Made by a program: the position numbers and the translations under genes. Positions 1 to 8,304 of a stretch of DNA of 64,000 nucleotides are shown piece after piece (positions within the stretch are counted from its first letter, which is position 1; every line of letters begins with the position of its first letter). A model generated the notes under the pieces. That model worked only from the letters and a program-made list of their open reading frames with translations, did not search any database and had not been told where the DNA came from. This stretch comes from Fibrobacterota bacterium (GTDB taxonomy: Bacteria; Fibrobacterota; Fibrobacteria; UBA11236), in assembly GCA_019509785.1 (NCBI GenBank), contig JAEKLQ010000021.1, positions 80,082 through 144,081 of the forward strand. The letters run 5' to 3'.

Positions 1-33
1 TCGCGGGCTTAGTCGTTTGCTTTTCGCCTTGGC

Positions 34-1764
34 TCAGGTGCTTCCCGTGGGTTTGGCCATGGCGGGCTGGTTCCCGTTCTTCTTCGGGGCTTCCAGCACC
101 ATATCGGCGTAGGTCAGGCCGGCGGGGATCATGGGGAACACGTTGTCCTCCTTCTCCACTTCGGCCTCGATGATGCAGGGCCCGTCGTTGTAGGCCAGCG
201 CGGCCGCCAGGGTCTTGCCCACGTCGGCGTTGCGCTTGACGCGGAAGCCCTTCATGCCGTAGGCTTCGGCCAGTTTGACGAAGTTCGGGTTGCCTTCGAG
301 GTCCACGCCGGAAAGACGATTGTCGAAGAACAGGCTCTGCCATTGGCGGACCATGCCCAGGTACTTGTTGTTGATGATGAGGATCTTGATGGGCAGCTTG
401 TGCAGGGCCGCCGTGGCGAGCTCCGACAGGGTCATCTGGAAGCCGCCGTCGCCCACCACCGCGATCACCATGGAATTGGGTTTGGCGAATTGCGCGCCGA
501 TGGCCGCCGGCATGCCGAAGCCCATGGTCCCGGCGCCGCCCGAGCTGATCCAATGGAAACGTTGATCGGTCTTATAGAACTGCGCCGCCCACATCTGATG
601 CTGGCCCACGTCGGTGGTGACGATGGCCTTGCCCTTGGTGAGGCGATAGATCTCGTCCAGCACGAATTGGGCCTTGAGGCCGCCCTGCTTGCCGTACTTG
701 AGCGGGAACTGCTTCTTCCACTTCGCGATCTGCTTGAGCCAGGCTTCGGTGTCGCCCTTGCGGGCGAGGGGAAGCAGGTCCTCGACCACCAGACGGGCGT
801 CGCCCACGATGGAGCAGTCGGGCCGGATCATCTTGTTGATCTCGGCGGGGTCGATATCCACGTGGATCTTTACCGCGTCCGGGCAGAACGCCGAGTACTT
901 GCCGCAAATGCGATCGTCCCAACGCGAACCGATGGACATGATGAGATCGCAGTGCTGGACGGCCTTGTTGGCGTAAGCGGTGCCGTGCATGCCCAGCATG
1001 CCCACGCTCAGGTCGTGGCTTTCCGGAAAAGCGCCCTTGCCGAGCAAGGTGTTGGTCACCGGGATCTGGAGCTTTTCGGCCAATAGTTTCAGGGCGCGAT
1101 CCGCGCCGGAGATCACCGCGCCATGCCCGATGAGCAGGATGGGCCGCTTGGCCTTGGCCAAGAGGTCGGCGCATTTCGCCAGGGCGGCGGAATCGCCGGC
1201 TCCCGGGATGGAATAGCCGGGCAGATCCATCTCGACGTTGTAATTGGGCTCGAACATCGCGCTCGACACGTCCTTGGGAATGTCGATGAGCACCGGGCCA
1301 GGTCGGCCGGTCTCGGCTATATAAAAGGCTTCCTTGATGATGCGCGGGATATCGTTCACGTCGCGCACCAGATAAGAATGCTTCACGGCCGGATAGGAAA
1401 TGCCCACCACGTCCGCCTCTTGGAAGGCGTCCAGCCCGAGCATGGGCTTGATGGTCTGGCCGGTGATGACGATCATCGGGACGGAATCCATCATGGCGGT
1501 CATGATCCCGGTGATGGTATTGGTGGCGCCCGGGCCCGAGGTCACCAGCACCACGCCGGCCTTGCCGGTGGCGCGTGCCATGCCGTCGGCCATATGCGTG
1601 GCGCCCTGTTCATGGCGGGTGAGGATGAACTTGATGGGGGAATCCACCAAGGCGTCGAAAATCGGGATGGCGGCTCCGCCAGGATGCCCGAAGATGTATT
1701 CGACCCCATGCTGGTGGATGGAATGGATTAAGGCTTCGGCTCCGGTACACATCTTATTGGCCAT
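34..1764 (-). CDS. ilvB: Acetolactate synthase large (catalytic) subunit, biosynthetic type (thiamine-diphosphate enzyme)
   Basis: 576-aa ORF with hallmark ALS/TPP-enzyme blocks ([31 protein letters not shown]-terminal TPP-binding GDGGFQMT) read from the translation; family assignment by recall of ALS large-subunit sequences. Confidence 0.9.
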   Translation of the reverse strand: MANKMCTGAEALIHSIHQHGVEYIFGHPGGAAIPIFDALVDSPIKFILTRHEQGATHMADGMARATGKAGVVLVTSGPGATNTITGIMTAMMDSVPMIVITGQTIKPMLGLDAFQEADVVGISYPAVKHSYLVRDVNDIPRIIKEAFYIAETGRPGPVLIDIPKDVSSAMFEPNYNVEMDLPGYSIPGAGDSAALAKCADLLAKAKRPILLIGHGAVISGADRALKLLAEKLQIPVTNTLLGKGAFPESHDLSVGMLGMHGTAYANKAVQHCDLIMSIGSRWDDRICGKYSAFCPDAVKIHVDIDPAEINKMIRPDCSIVGDARLVVEDLLPLARKGDTEAWLKQIAKWKKQFPLKYGKQGGLKAQFVLDEIYRLTKGKAIVTTDVGQHQMWAAQFYKTDQRFHWISSGGAGTMGFGMPAAIGAQFAKPNSMVIAVVGDGGFQMTLSELATAALHKLPIKILIINNKYLGMVRQWQSLFFDNRLSGVDLEGNPNFVKLAEAYGMKGFRVKRNADVGKTLAAALAYNDGPCIIEAEVEKEDNVFPMIPAGLTYADMVLEAPKKNGNQPAMAKPTGST

Positions 1765-1765
1765 G

Positions 1766-2179
1766 TTTTGCCTCTTCTAAAGTCAGATCAGGTGTTGAGT
1801 ACGAAATTATAGGCAACATTCCCGGAACCAGCAACCCATTCCTTTGATTTTTATCAGGATAATTTCGATTTAAATCGCAAATTTGAAATAACTCCCCCAC
1901 ATTCTCTCCAAAAATTGCCAAAAATCCTCGATATAGAATCGATATCAAGCGACTTATCGTCAAATATTCAATTTTAATAGGCAAATACGAGAATACCGAG
2001 ACCTTATTGAGGGCAAAAGTAGCCAGTCAAGCAGCAAAACCTCTTTTTGAACAGGAGGAAGGACCGCATTCCGACTTAAACCCGTCTCCGGGGTGCTAAT
2101 TTTCCCGTGTCGCTTTCGCGCTCCCATCTCGTCACAACCTTACACACGCATTAATGACTCGCCGAAAGGAGGAACCCGG
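1766..2179. promoter_or_regulatory. AT-rich divergent intergenic/promoter region between ilvB (-) and the ECF sigma operon (+); contains the 12-bp palindrome CGATTTAAATCG (1866-1877), a TCGATAT-N4-TCGATATC pair (1928-1946), and an AAGGAGG Shine-Dalgarno at 2166-2172
   Basis: GC content is strikingly below the ~65% window average. Palindromes and direct repeats read directly from the sequence. No long ORF with credible composition. Confidence 0.45.
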
Positions 2180-2665
2180 CTGGAACTCCGGAGTACCGAA
2201 GATCTATACCGCCGCTATGGACCTATGGTCCTGAGGCGGTGCCGGCAACTGCTGCGCGATGAAGACGCCGCCCTGGATGCGCTCCAGGACGTCTTCTCCC
2301 GCTGGCTGGAACGTGCCGGGGAAAATCCGGAATATCCATCCAGTTTCTTCTACACCATGGCGACCCGCATTTGCATCGACCGCATCCGCAGCGCCGCCGT
2401 CCGGCACCGGAGCGACGATTCGCGGCTGGAGGAGATCGCTTCGGCGGAGGATATCGAAGGCGATTCCCGCGCGCGGCGCTTGCTGGACCGGATCTTCGGG
2501 CGCCAGCATGCCAGCACGCGGGTAATGGCGGTGATGCATTACGTCGACGGGCTCTCGTACGAGGAAGTAGGGGCCGAAGTGAAACTGACGGCGGCCGGCG
2601 TGCGGCGGCGATTGCAGCGGCTGCGCGAGCACGCGGCGAAATGGAACGGGGAGGGAAAATCATGA
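2180..2665 (+). CDS. ECF-family RNA polymerase sigma-70 factor (start codon uncertain: CTG at 2180 preceded by AAGGAGG, or ATG at 2225)
   Basis: Translation shows the sigma2 region (DLYRRYGPMVLRRCRQLLRDEDAALDALQDVFSRWLE) and sigma4 HTH region (MHYVDGLSYEEVGAEVKLTAAGVRRRLQRLRE). Its stop TGA (2663-2665) overlaps the ATG (2662-2664) of the next gene. Confidence 0.8.
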   Translation: MELRSTEDLYRRYGPMVLRRCRQLLRDEDAALDALQDVFSRWLERAGENPEYPSSFFYTMATRICIDRIRSAAVRHRSDDSRLEEIASAEDIEGDSRARRLLDRIFGRQHASTRVMAVMHYVDGLSYEEVGAEVKLTAAGVRRRLQRLREHAAKWNGEGKS

Positions 2666-3531
2666 GCCCAAGGCCCATGCCGGAACAGATGTTGGAACGC
2701 TACCGATTGGGCGAATTGCCCCCGGCGGCCATGGCGGATCTGCGCGCCCGCTGCGAGGCCGATCCGGAACTGCGGGCGCGCCTGGAAGCCCTCGATCGTT
2801 CCGATGCGGCCATCCTGGCGGCGTACCCGCCCGCGGCGATGGCGCGCGACCTGCTTTCGAGAAGGGCATCGGAAAAGGATGCGGGAAGGGAAACGGGAAC
2901 GAATGCGCGGCGATCCTCGCGGGCGGGAAGTCCCGGTCGGCGGCCGGGCTTCGGCCGTAAAGCCTTATGGGCCGCGCCCTCGGGGCTGGCATTGGCCTGC
3001 GGCCTCGTGCTGGCCGTGCGCCATCTCCCCGAACCCAGTAACACGCAAGTTACGGAAAGCCCCGCGGCCTACGCGGTCCGGCTCAAAGGGTCCGATGCCG
3101 GATTGGCCATCTTCCGTAAAGCCAAGGGAGGCGCCGAGCTCTTGCCCCCGCATTCCCTGGCGAAACCGGGCGATACCCTGCAAGTCTTCTACCATAGCCG
3201 CGGACCCGCGTTCGGGGCGATTTTCTCCGTGGACGGGGCCGGGGGGGTCACCTTGCATCTTCCCGAAGAAGGCGGAACGGCGACGGCGCTGCAAACGGGC
3301 GACCTTCTGCCTTTGCCGCATGCTTATCGACTGGACCGGGCCCCGCGCCTGGAACGGTTTTTCCTGATTACGGCCCCGCGCCCTTTCTCTGTAGACGGAT
3401 TCTTGCAACAGGCCCGGGCCGCCTTCGCGGTCCGGCATGAGGCGCTCGATTCCCTGTCGGGGCTGGAAGCGGGCTTCCGCCAATATCCTTATACCTTACG
3501 CAAGCCCGGGAAGGGCGAGGGATCGAAATGA
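2662..3531 (+). CDS. Membrane-spanning anti-sigma factor (RskA/ChrR-like N-terminal anti-sigma domain, one TM helix, ~170-aa periplasmic C-terminal domain)
   Basis: N-terminus MSPRPMPEQMLERYRLGELPP matches the L-x-x-Y-x-L-G-x-L anti-sigma signature. Hydrophobic segment ALWAAPSGLALACGLVLAV. ATGA overlap with the sigma factor upstream and with the caspase gene downstream (3528-3531). Confidence 0.7.
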   Translation: MSPRPMPEQMLERYRLGELPPAAMADLRARCEADPELRARLEALDRSDAAILAAYPPAAMARDLLSRRASEKDAGRETGTNARRSSRAGSPGRRPGFGRKALWAAPSGLALACGLVLAVRHLPEPSNTQVTESPAAYAVRLKGSDAGLAIFRKAKGGAELLPPHSLAKPGDTLQVFYHSRGPAFGAIFSVDGAGGVTLHLPEEGGTATALQTGDLLPLPHAYRLDRAPRLERFFLITAPRPFSVDGFLQQARAAFAVRHEALDSLSGLEAGFRQYPYTLRKPGKGEGSK

Positions 3532-5723
3532 AGATCTCATTCCGCTCAACCGGCTACGCATTGGCCTTGGCCATCGCTGCCTTGTCCGGGATCCCGGCTT
3601 CCGTGGCCCCGGCCTCCTTTGCTTCGAAGTCCGCCGTCTCGGCGCCCGCCGGCCCGGCGTCCGCCCCTTTGCGCCGCTTCGCCTTGGCCGTTGGCGTCAA
3701 CGACGGCGGTCCCGCTCGCGTTCGCTTACGCTATGCCGGCAGCGATGCCGCCAACTTCGCCGCCGTGATGGAGCGCTTCGGCGGAGTCGCGTCGCGCGAC
3801 ATGCGCGTCTTGCGCGAACCTGGCCGTCGCGAATTCCTGGAAGCGTTGGCCTCCATGCGCTCCGCGGTGGCGGCCGCGAACGCGGCCGGGCAACGGGCGG
3901 AATTGCTGGTCTATTATTCCGGCCATTCCGACGAAGCCGGCTTGTTGCTGGGCCGCGACCGCCTGGACTATTCCGAATTCCGCTCGCGCATCGATTCCAT
4001 TCCGGCGCGCATCCGCTTGGCGGTGGTGGATGCCTGCGCTTCGGGAGCCTTGACGCGCATCAAGGGCGGGAGCCGCTTGCCGGCCTTTTCGGTGGATCAA
4101 AGTTCCAACCTCAGCGGCTATGCCTTCCTCACTTCCAGCTCGGGCGCCGAGGCCTCGCAGGAATCGGACCGCATCCGCGCCTCCTATTTCACCCACTATC
4201 TGGTTTCGGGCCTGCGCGGCGCGGCCGATCGCAATCAGGACGGGCGGGTGACCTTAGGGGAGGCCTATGCCTTCGCTTTCCAGGAGACCTTGGCGCAGAC
4301 CGAAGGCAGCCAGGCGGGGGCGCAACACCCGAGTTACGATATGCGGCTGACGGGAACGGGCGATCTCGTGCTCACCGATTTGCGCGGGACCTCGGCGGGG
4401 TTGGTGCTGGCTCCCGCCGTACATGGCCGATTGTTCGTTCGTTCCTCGGCGGGAGATCTGGTGGCCGAATTGCACAAGCAATCCGGGGCCAAGATGGAGC
4501 TCGGCTTGGAGCCCGGGATTTACGACCTGGATTTGGACCAAGGCGATTCGCTTTTCCACGCGCTCGTGAAGTTGGATACCTTGGAACATGCCCCGGTCTC
4601 CCGTGCCGACTTGAACCTCGTGGCCCGGGAAAGCACGCGGAACCGAGGGGAGGCGGGGCCGGCCGCAGCGTCCATCGGCGCCCCCGATACCGCGCCCTCC
4701 ACCGAGCCACGCGAAAAAGCAACGGCCATTCCCGCGACCTGGATCCCGGCGCGCGCGGCGGTGGTTCCTTCGCTAGGCTACCCGGGAAGCGGCGCAGGGC
4801 CGTGGTCCCATAATCTTTCCGTCAATTTGCTTTCGGGCCGGGCGCAGGACATCAACGGCCTGCAATTTTCCTTGGGTGGGAACCGGGCCGAAGGGCGGGT
4901 GGCCGGCGTCCAATTTTCGCTAATGAATTTCGCATCGGGTCCGTCCACGGGTCTTCAGTACGGGGTCCTGGCCAATGCGCAAGCGCGCAACCATACCGGT
5001 TTCCAACTCAGCTTCGTCGCCAACAACGCCGACTCCCTCACGGGCCTGCAAGCCGGGGCCATCAACCATGCGGGCCGTCTCGAAGGCGTGCAGGCCGGAG
5101 CCATCAATGCCGCCGGGATCGGGGACGGAATCCAGCTGGGAGGCCTCAACGTGGCGGAGAGTCAGCGCGGACTCCAGGCGGGTCTCGTGAACATCGCGGA
5201 CAGCTCGCGCGGATTGCAGGCGGGCCTTTTCAATTATGCGACCCATGGGGAGGGGCTCGTCCTGGGCCTCGTCAGCGTCGTCCGGAACGGGATGCATGAT
5301 GCGGAGGCGACCTTCGATGATCGCTCCATGCTGCGGACGGCCTTTCTGCTGGGGGGACCGTACAATTACAACTACTTGTCTTTCGACATGAAGGCGCGAT
5401 ATCCACGCCACTTGTGGGGAGGGAGCGCCGGGGTGGGCGTGCATATCCCCTTGGCTTATGCCTTCGTCGATTTGGATGCGGGAGGCGGCCTGGTGTTCAA
5501 CGACGTGGATTGGGATAACCAGAGTTACACCGCCCGCTTCCGTTTGATCGGCGGTTATGCGCCCAGCCGTTGGTTCAACGTCTTCGGCGGATTCACCGCC
5601 AACCTGGAGATGTGGCCCGCATCGAGATTCCCCAATCTGAACCCCGATCGGAAGGGCGAGCGTTGGGGCGACGAAATCCGGGCGGAGAAATGGCCAGGTT
5701 TCGTGGTTGGGGTGAGGATATGA
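3528..5723 (+). CDS. Secreted caspase-family (peptidase C14, orthocaspase/metacaspase-like) protein with C-terminal tandem G-[LV]-Q-x-G-x-x-N repeat module and aromatic-rich C-terminal domain
   Basis: N-terminal signal peptide (MKISFRSTGYALALAIAALSGIPASVAPA). Caspase p20-like block with catalytic His (LLVYYSGHSDEAG) and Cys (LAVVDACASGAL). About 10 tandem repeats of a ~14-aa unit (GLQAGLVNIADSSR, GLQAGLFNYATHGE, GVQAGAINAAG...). ATGA overlaps at both ends. Confidence 0.8.
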   Translation: MKISFRSTGYALALAIAALSGIPASVAPASFASKSAVSAPAGPASAPLRRFALAVGVNDGGPARVRLRYAGSDAANFAAVMERFGGVASRDMRVLREPGRREFLEALASMRSAVAAANAAGQRAELLVYYSGHSDEAGLLLGRDRLDYSEFRSRIDSIPARIRLAVVDACASGALTRIKGGSRLPAFSVDQSSNLSGYAFLTSSSGAEASQESDRIRASYFTHYLVSGLRGAADRNQDGRVTLGEAYAFAFQETLAQTEGSQAGAQHPSYDMRLTGTGDLVLTDLRGTSAGLVLAPAVHGRLFVRSSAGDLVAELHKQSGAKMELGLEPGIYDLDLDQGDSLFHALVKLDTLEHAPVSRADLNLVARESTRNRGEAGPAAASIGAPDTAPSTEPREKATAIPATWIPARAAVVPSLGYPGSGAGPWSHNLSVNLLSGRAQDINGLQFSLGGNRAEGRVAGVQFSLMNFASGPSTGLQYGVLANAQARNHTGFQLSFVANNADSLTGLQAGAINHAGRLEGVQAGAINAAGIGDGIQLGGLNVAESQRGLQAGLVNIADSSRGLQAGLFNYATHGEGLVLGLVSVVRNGMHDAEATFDDRSMLRTAFLLGGPYNYNYLSFDMKARYPRHLWGGSAGVGVHIPLAYAFVDLDAGGGLVFNDVDWDNQSYTARFRLIGGYAPSRWFNVFGGFTANLEMWPASRFPNLNPDRKGERWGDEIRAEKWPGFVVGVRI

Positions 5724-6592
5724 GAAAGCGCGTCTTGGCGGCGGCGCTTCTGGTCCTGGGCGGGTGCATCGAGAATCCCGGCGTGGATAAGGATTTGGCC
5801 GATCGGCACAATCGCCTCAGCGCCGACTTCACGGTATCGGAAGCGGCGGATCGCGTGCGGCTTCGCCTCCAGCGCACGGCCGCGGGTACCGAACTTTATC
5901 TCGCCAACCTTACCGACCAGCCCATCGATTCCCTGGATTTCTTCGCCCAGGCCTCGGATGAAGGGCCCCTGCTTTATTCCGGCGGCATAGGCGCCGGGAA
6001 TCCGGTTTTCGACGACTCCCCGGTCGCAGAATTCAACGGAAGGGTGGTGGGCCTGCAAAGCGGGATGGAAGCGGATCTCGGTCCCTTGACCGGCGCATTC
6101 CCCCGGAATCTGGATGAGGCCGACCTGATTTTCGTTACCCTGGCGGTAGACTCGATTTCGAATCCGGTCGTAAACCGGCACGTCGGATATTACTCCGGAG
6201 TCTTCACGGCCCGGGATTCAACGGGATCGGCCATCGAGGGGACCCTGCGGGGGTTGGTTTCCGATCACGGATTCCACTTCTGGTTGCGCACGGGCAGCCA
6301 TGTGTGGGGAGCCCTCAATGGGGATATCCGCGGAGACTCGGTTTATGGGATCAAATACGGCGATGCGGTGGACTATGCCAGGCGGTACGCCGCCACCACC
6401 CTCGCCGTCGCCCTGGATGCGCGCACGGATGATTCGATTGGATTCGCAGCGGTGCTCAGCGGCTTGTGGGGTCCGGGGAATTTCCTGGACCTACGCGTAA
6501 CGCTTTCCCGGTCCGATCCCCAGCGCTGGCCCCACATAACCCTTAAAGCGAACCGCGCCACGCTTCCCAATCCACCGGCGGTTGGGCCATGA
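5720..6592 (+). CDS. Hypothetical lipoprotein (lipobox LVLGGC followed by IENPGVD), paralog of the next gene
   Basis: ATG at 5720 lies inside an ATGA overlap with the caspase gene stop (5721-5723). Signal peptide plus lipobox cysteine. Shares motifs with the next ORF (ENPG[VL]D, VRLRL[QE]R, ELYLANL/RLYLENL, DSL[DE]F, EADLGPL[TA]G, LDLR[VI]xL[SA]RS). Confidence 0.6.
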   Translation: MRKRVLAAALLVLGGCIENPGVDKDLADRHNRLSADFTVSEAADRVRLRLQRTAAGTELYLANLTDQPIDSLDFFAQASDEGPLLYSGGIGAGNPVFDDSPVAEFNGRVVGLQSGMEADLGPLTGAFPRNLDEADLIFVTLAVDSISNPVVNRHVGYYSGVFTARDSTGSAIEGTLRGLVSDHGFHFWLRTGSHVWGALNGDIRGDSVYGIKYGDAVDYARRYAATTLAVALDARTDDSIGFAAVLSGLWGPGNFLDLRVTLSRSDPQRWPHITLKANRATLPNPPAVGP

Positions 6593-7479
6593 AGGCGGCG
6601 TTAGCGGCGGTGGCCCTTTTAGGATTTTCCGCCTGCCTCGAGAATCCGGGTTTGGACTGGGGGCTGGAGAACAAGCAAGACCTGGCCCGCCGGGAATTCG
6701 ACGTGAACGGAAATAGCGTGCGCGTCCGTCTCGAGCGCAGGAATGGCGAAACCCGCCTCTATCTCGAGAACCTGGATCGAAAGGATCTGGATTCCCTGGA
6801 GTTCGCGATCCAGGTTTGCCCGGACCAGGCGATGTTCGCGATCGCCCAACCATATTATCCGGGGCCGATGCAATTGGTCTACTGCGCCGATCCCATCGCT
6901 GAACCCCATGGCACGGCCATCCGCCTGCCTGGCCGCTCCGAAGCCGACTTGGGCCCCTTGGCGGGAGATTACCCGGAAGAACTGAATCGGGTCGGCATCG
7001 CTTTCGTTCCGCTCCGCGATACGCGTAACTCGCCGCGACTCGGAAGCGATCGCTTCGGTTATTACCAAGGAACATGGTTGGAGAACCAAATTAAGGCCGC
7101 GCCCAGATCGGGCTCGCTACGCGGATTTATCCTCCGTGACGGTTATTTCTTGTTTCTGCTCCGGGAAGCCGGTGTGTATTACGGCCCCTTAAGGGGCGTC
7201 CTGGCCGGTGATTCATTGATCGATGCCTACTATCTGACCAATTGGGAATACCACCAGGCTGAGGCGTTGACGGATCCGGCCCACCCTCCGGCCCTCCTCC
7301 TTCCCGCGGCCGGGTCCCCGGATTCGCTCGGGTTCACGGGTCGTTTCATCGTCCATTTCCTTCCAGGACGTCCCGATACCCTGGACCTGCGGATTGCCCT
7401 GGCGCGTTCCGCCGGCCTCGAATGGCCCAAGCCTGTGGCCGCGATCGATTCCGATCTTCCCGCGTCGAATCCGAAGTGA
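6589..7479 (+). CDS. Hypothetical lipoprotein (lipobox LLGFSAC followed by LENPGLD), tandem paralog of the previous gene
   Basis: ATGA overlap (6589-6592) with the preceding gene. Signal peptide plus lipobox. Collinear conserved motifs with the previous ORF, ~30% identity by eye. Confidence 0.6.
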   Translation: MKAALAAVALLGFSACLENPGLDWGLENKQDLARREFDVNGNSVRVRLERRNGETRLYLENLDRKDLDSLEFAIQVCPDQAMFAIAQPYYPGPMQLVYCADPIAEPHGTAIRLPGRSEADLGPLAGDYPEELNRVGIAFVPLRDTRNSPRLGSDRFGYYQGTWLENQIKAAPRSGSLRGFILRDGYFLFLLREAGVYYGPLRGVLAGDSLIDAYYLTNWEYHQAEALTDPAHPPALLLPAAGSPDSLGFTGRFIVHFLPGRPDTLDLRIALARSAGLEWPKPVAAIDSDLPASNPK

Positions 7480-7577
7480 TGCCCCGCATCCACGGATGAT
7501 GCCCCGGATCGCCTTTCGGAGACACGCTTCCGCCTAGCTTTGGGATCCGTCGCCATAGCGCGCCGAAAGGAGACCCT

Positions 7578-8249
7578 ATGCAAACCCTTAAAGACCTATC
7601 CCCCGCCGATTGGCCCCGTGAAAAGCTGATGGAGCGGGGCCCCGGACATCTGTCGAATGCCGAACTGTTGGCCGTAGTATTGGGCCGCGGCCAGCCCGGC
7701 AAGGACGTACTCACCCTGGCTGGCGAAGTGGTGGAAACGTTATCCGGCCTGGAAGACGAGTTGACCCTGGACACCTTGCTGGAAATCAAAGGCATCGGCC
7801 TGGGCAAGGGCTGCCAGATCCTCGCCAGTATCGAGTTCTCGCGGCGTTTCCTCACGGCGCGAAAGAAGCTGAAGGTGCGCACGCCCAAGGATGCTCTGCC
7901 CTTGCTCGGGGCGTTGCGCGCGGCCGCGCAGGAGTGCGTGGTGGTGCTCACCCTGGACGGCAACAACCAGATCATCAAGTCGCATACCATCACGCGCGGG
8001 CTCGCCAACCAAAGCCAAATCCATCCGCGGGAAACCTTCTATCCGGCCATCCAGGACCGGGCCGTGAGCATCCTGGTGGCGCACAACCATCCTTCGGGAA
8101 ACCTGGAGCCTTCGGAAGCCGATTTGATCGCGACGCGGCGATTGGTGGAGGTCTCGAAGACCTTGGGGATCCCGGTGCTGGATCACCTCATCGTGGCGGA
8201 GGGCGGGTTCTTGTCGATCCGGGAGAAGTATCCGGCTTATTTCGGCTGA
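7578..8249 (+). CDS. radC: RadC-family JAB/MPN (JAMM) domain protein (UPF0758)
   Basis: JAMM motif HNHPSGNLEPSEADLIATRRL, N-terminal HhH-like LSNAELLAVVLGRG. AAAGGAG RBS upstream of the ATG at 7578. Confidence 0.85.
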   Translation: MQTLKDLSPADWPREKLMERGPGHLSNAELLAVVLGRGQPGKDVLTLAGEVVETLSGLEDELTLDTLLEIKGIGLGKGCQILASIEFSRRFLTARKKLKVRTPKDALPLLGALRAAAQECVVVLTLDGNNQIIKSHTITRGLANQSQIHPRETFYPAIQDRAVSILVAHNHPSGNLEPSEADLIATRRLVEVSKTLGIPVLDHLIVAEGGFLSIREKYPAYFG

Positions 8250-8280
8250 GCGCTCAGGGAGGTATCGTGCCGTTCGGCGA

Positions 8281-8302
8281 CGCCTCAGACCGGGCTGAGG
8301 CG
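8281..8302. terminator. Candidate bidirectional terminator hairpin between convergent radC and the tlpA-like gene (CGCCTCAG-accggg-CTGAGGCG, 8-bp perfect stem)
   Basis: Inverted repeat read directly from the sequence, located in the 55-bp gap between two convergent stop codons. No strong U-tract. Confidence 0.5.
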
Positions 8303-8304
8303 CA

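Noticed and set aside
2093-2179. Longer N-terminus of the ECF sigma ORF starting at ATG 2093
   Set aside because: The first ~29 codons (MLIFPCRFRAPISSQPYTRINDSPKGGTR) lie in the AT-rich promoter region and precede the AAGGAGG RBS at 2166-2172. The conserved sigma region-2 sequence begins only after it, so a downstream start (2180 or 2225) is preferred.
3437-4813. 458-aa Arg/Gly-rich ORF on + strand overlapping the caspase gene in another frame
   Set aside because: Composition (R, G, P, L-dominated) is typical of an out-of-frame read of high-GC coding DNA. The overlapping frame carries clear caspase motifs.
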